45,624 nt of DNA from Phoronis australis (taxonomy: Eukaryota > Animalia > Phoronida): NCBI GenBank assembly GCA_002633005.1, contig NMRA01000287.1:147333-192956 (forward strand), read 5' to 3'. Position 1 is the stretch's first letter; each line of letters starts with the position of its first letter. Made by a program: the position numbers and the translations under genes. Under the pieces are notes generated by a model, which worked only from the letters and a program-made list of their open reading frames with translations, had not been told where the DNA came from and searched no databases. Below, piece after piece: positions 41,236 through 45,624 of the stretch.

Positions 41236-44200
41236 GATGTATCTGATTTAGATAACACACAGTAGCACGCCTTCACTGCTGCAAATACTTGTAAGCTCAG
41301 CCCTCTAATGCGTTCTCCAAATGACAACAAGTGACACCAGTTGAGAGAGATGGAAAACTCAGATTGACCAAATACTGTGTGGGCAAGCAAGAACTGATTC
41401 AAAATGGTGGACACCGGCTTGAATCAAGTTGACATACTTGTTTGCCACTCAGAATAACTGACAAAGCTTCATTGATTGTATCTGAGCCCTGAATAAGCAT
41501 ATGGCATTTATAGATTTTTCAGTGGGAGGAGTAAATCGGAATAGTCCATTTTATGAATGAGGTTATTGCAGAGGAAACAGTTCTTCACCTAAACCAAAAT
41601 TGAAATAGCCACAGCTAAAATTTAAAATATTTGACAAAACAGTGTAATTGGAATCGATTGCAAAACATGTCAAAATAACAAGAAATAAGAGTATGCACCA
41701 ACTTATCTATCACTGCATGTTTGCATGTCCCCGTTACAGAAAAGTACAAGAGCCAGGTAATAAGATGACCAGTGATATCACCTCAGCACAAATTAATGCC
41801 ATTAATGAGCATTGATTATAGTAAATACTGGCATGTGCACACTATACAATTTGATGAAACAAAGACTTTTAACCAATCACCAAACCATGACAATGGAATG
41901 TTATACAAAGAGGTTTGGATTCACAAATATCCTATCCTACATGCGATATTTTGACCCACCTTCTGATATCTGAAGTCGAGCAGTTTTCATATTACACATT
42001 CATTTGTTGTCATGTGTTTAGCATAATGGCTAATACACTTTAACTTCATTAGGAGGTGAAGACAGATACTGCCATGTCTTTGTCATAAACTGTACCTTTC
42101 TCAACAGTTTTGCTAGTTCATGGTTCTTTTCAATGACTTACTCGATATAATGAAATCAAGTCCACATTTAGTTACAGTAACAGATAGTCCACTCTAAACT
42201 AGCCACGGATTATTATAACTGATTCCTTGAGTTTTAGTTCAATATATTCTTGCACACAGTGCACCTAAATAAAATAAGCGCATACACCCTATACTTAGAG
42301 CTTCATAAACGGGCGCTTGGGCCTAAATATATGCGCATAAAATTCAGAATGGCATTGGTATTAATTTACTTATGTGAATATTTAGCAAAATCAGTTTTAT
42401 GGAAAAATGTTATCATTACACTTTGAAGTTTCTAAATTCATTACAACTAAAGAGTAGGAGCATGCAAATTCCACAGACAGTAATTTACATATTTTGAAAA
42501 CAAAATGGGAAAACCTTCATGTTATGCTCAACGCATTCAGTCTACTGACTTAAGAGGCCTGCATCCATCATGTGATTCACTAACTGCAGTTCGTCTGAAA
42601 ATTACAAGGAATAGGTGAAGTGTGGATATTACTGTACGACTTCCTTATAAGTCAGCCACGGTTGGTCAATTAATTATGAAAGACTTTTATGGGATGAAAC
42701 ATGCTGAAAACCAAATTAACACCTCATTTTCAGTGTTGGATAGGTATCCTAACTGAAACACCATTGTAGGCTTAACATAATAACAGAAGTTGCTAAATCA
42801 AGTAAACAATGACATTTCTCATTTCTGTGAATACATTGGACTTGTCTGCTATGGAGGTTTTGAATCTGGCACAAATAGAACTCTGGCATTGCCCCAGTTG
42901 CCACTTATTTTAGCCCCCCCCCCCCTCCCTGGAACAATTTTGCATTAGACCCTCCTTGATGCATTACTCCTGATTATGCCAGTGACCAAGGGGTGTGCAG
43001 CATGTTATTTTCTTCAATCATTACTAATATAAATCTCAGACTAAAGTTTGTAGCCTAAACTTGACCCATATAGTACAGACTTCCTTGGTTTTCAGAGTCT
43101 TACCCAAATGATTTGTGTAAACAAATGTATCAGGAACACAGACCACATGTCTTGCTAGCTCCTCTAAAATGCACTCAGGAATAAGGCAAGGTACCTAAAC
43201 ACATAAACACGGACCCAACAACAATTTTCCAATTGAGTGCGCCAGCACCTTACTTTTGAAAAATTTCCAGTACATTCGTAGTGCCCACTGCCCAGGTTAG
43301 CTTCATCTCAGATATATCAAACAACTAGTCTATCTGAGGCTTCATCGACTATTTTCAACATTGAAACAAATTTGAATGAGAAAACTAGATCAGTTTCGAG
43401 TCAGATTTGCAGTTGCAGCCAATACTCAGATATTGTATTTTGTGAGCACCTAGTGCAGTGCACTAAAGCAATTGCATCGTTGAACTAGACATATACTCGC
43501 ACCATCAGTATACACTCTCATTCTATGGTACAGCAAATTTATCAATCGGGCATTTTTAAGAAATTTAATGGGAGCATATTGTCTACTCCTTTCTCATGCC
43601 ACAAGTACAGCGGGGAGTCATAACTGCACACACACGGCAAAGAATGTTCAAGAAGAAAAGTCAGCTTATTCGATAATGGAAATTGGTTTAATTTAGTTAA
43701 AGCATTTTGAGGCTTGTTGTTAAGCAGAAATAATTAATAAAAAACAATATGCCACATGGTTTTTGCAAAATTTATGTGTAGCAGTATGGAAAATTTGACC
43801 CCGCCATTTGAGAACCTGCACATTGCAGTTTGCAAAAGTTGCTTTTCGACAGGAAGTTCTTCAATAATTATGGGCTGCTAAATTTGAGTTGCTTGACTAA
43901 AGAAGGAAGTTTATGACTTATAATTCAATTTATGTTGCTTCCACAATGGCTTTGATGACATTTTTAGGGTGTCCCAAAAATCTTAACAAATGCACTCTGA
44001 AAAATGAATATCAGAATAGTGTTTTATGGGGAACTAATCGTGTTTTTTGTATTCCAGGGATACCAAAGTTTATTTTGCAAGGAAACATTTGAATAAAAAA
44101 TATGCATTTGAAATAGATAGACTCTGCCCTGTGACCAGACTCTAATAACTTTCACATGCTCCACAGAACAAACACTTTTCAGTTAACTTTTTCCATGTAA

Positions 44201-45085
44201 AAATCTGACACAATTTCCAATGAAGAGTACATAGAAACAGTTAGTTCAGTTGTTCTCCAAATTCTTATATTTTGTTGAAAATCCTTGTTATGGAGCTGCC
44301 CAACTGAATGTTTGTTACAAAAACCCAAAATTCTTTTTCAAAACACCATTATTTCACAGAAAAATCATATCCAGGTACTTGTGTTTTTGAATATTTGAAA
44401 CATCCCATATAATACAGGTTACTCCCAGAATTTGATCAGATATTTTTTCAACTCAAGCTGCATTTTCTCCGTGGAGTGCCAGGCAGATTTTAAGCACTCA
44501 CCTAGCATTCACTGCATTTTTTAAAAGTGTACATGTCAAGTTAAGCACACACCATCTTCCCATGACTGCCAATCTAAAGATGTATTAGCATGTTCCTAAC
44601 TATGCTACTGGTAATGTATTGCAGGAACTAAAAGACAATGCTATTTTAGCATAATCTAAGCTAAGTAAAGTGCAGTTGGTTTTACTGATAACTTGTAAAT
44701 GTGAAAACAAAAAAATGCAAATAGTTGACCAGTGCGCTAATGACGTGTCTAGAACTCGCACAGCCTGCATCATGCAATGTTATTCACCAGGACCACATCA
44801 CGATAATTACTTAACACAGTTCGGTGATTTTCGGGGGATCATTTATGATACAAAACTCATTCTTAAAAACATTTGGCAATTTTCAAACTACTTCATAGTC
44901 ACACCAACCCTATATGTTGTATTCATCCAAGCAATCACAGAGATAAGGAATTAGCCTGCAAGTTACACTTTAAGAGCCTAGTGCAAAACACTGAATGACA
45001 AATAATAACATTGATGAAGAAAGATGACAAAAATGATTAAGAAACATAGCTTTATACAATTAAATCCAAAATTGAATGAAACATA

Positions 45086-45109
45086 ATGATGATGATGATG
45101 ATGATGATG
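45086..45109. repeat. (ATG)n microsatellite
   Basis: atgatgatgatgatgatgatgatg. Confidence 0.9.
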
Positions 45110-45290
45110 TTGGTTAGTGCTGGCAATGACAATGAGGATGAAACAGTGACCTCTGTTGAGCATGGTGGGGCACCACCCTCGAATGTTGAACCCTGTCGCT
45201 TACTTTTCAATGGATTCTCATATCAATTGTTACTATACACGTGTATAGTGCTTACAACTGCTGGTTGAGGCCCTTTGAGATTTAGTAGTA

Positions 45291-45624
45291 CCGGATCTCC
45301 CTAATAAGTGCCCAGGGCATTTAGAAAAATTTGCATCAGGAAGGGGGGGGCACTTACCGTAATCGTTCGGGTTAACGCCCATGCTCAGTTAACCGCCCAC
45401 CCCTACTTTAGGTGGATTTTCGATTTAACCGCCCACTGCTCGGTTAACCGCCCTCCTGCTATTTTTGAAGATTTCCAATTAAGCGCCCACCTCTCGGTTA
45501 AGCGCCCATCCCCTACTTTTGACGATTGGTGATTACCGCCCTGTGCTAATAGGAAACGCGAATCCCCGACCTTTTAGATTAAGATCGATGATAACATTGA
45601 GTGCAACGACGGCCTCAGAGACCG
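45291..45624. mobile_element. Tc1/mariner-pogo-like MITE ends, apparently nested; truncated by the window edge
   Basis: TA|CCGGA...TAAGTGCCC start at 45291; second TA|CCGTA start at 45357 with repeated TTAA(C/G)CGCCC subterminal motifs. Confidence 0.6.

Overview
Eukaryotic, AT-rich, intron-rich animal DNA. Gene content and repeat style suggest a bilaterian invertebrate, probably a mollusc or other lophotrochozoan (inference). Two complete, convergent spliced genes can be rebuilt by hand with GT-AG junctions and matching phases. (1) Plus strand, 7 coding exons, 8217-18403, 655 aa: a type II membrane protein with a carboxylesterase/cholinesterase-fold ectodomain that has lost the catalytic Ser and the oxyanion hole (neurotactin-like pseudo-esterase). 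(2) Minus strand, 12 coding exons, 41235-22904, 585 aa: dihydropyrimidinase with all metal ligands intact plus a CRMP/UNC-33-type C-terminal tail. The window probably starts in the last exon of a third gene. Introns are rich in repeats. The most notable is a ~2-kb Helentron-type non-autonomous element whose ~451-bp higher-order repeat carries nine regularly spaced, co-oriented CTCF-consensus motifs. Others are minisatellites that begin at exon/5' splice-site junctions, a CORE-like tRNA SINE, a palindromic element with two inverted Pol III B-boxes, and several MITEs. Most ORFs in the supplied track are spurious.
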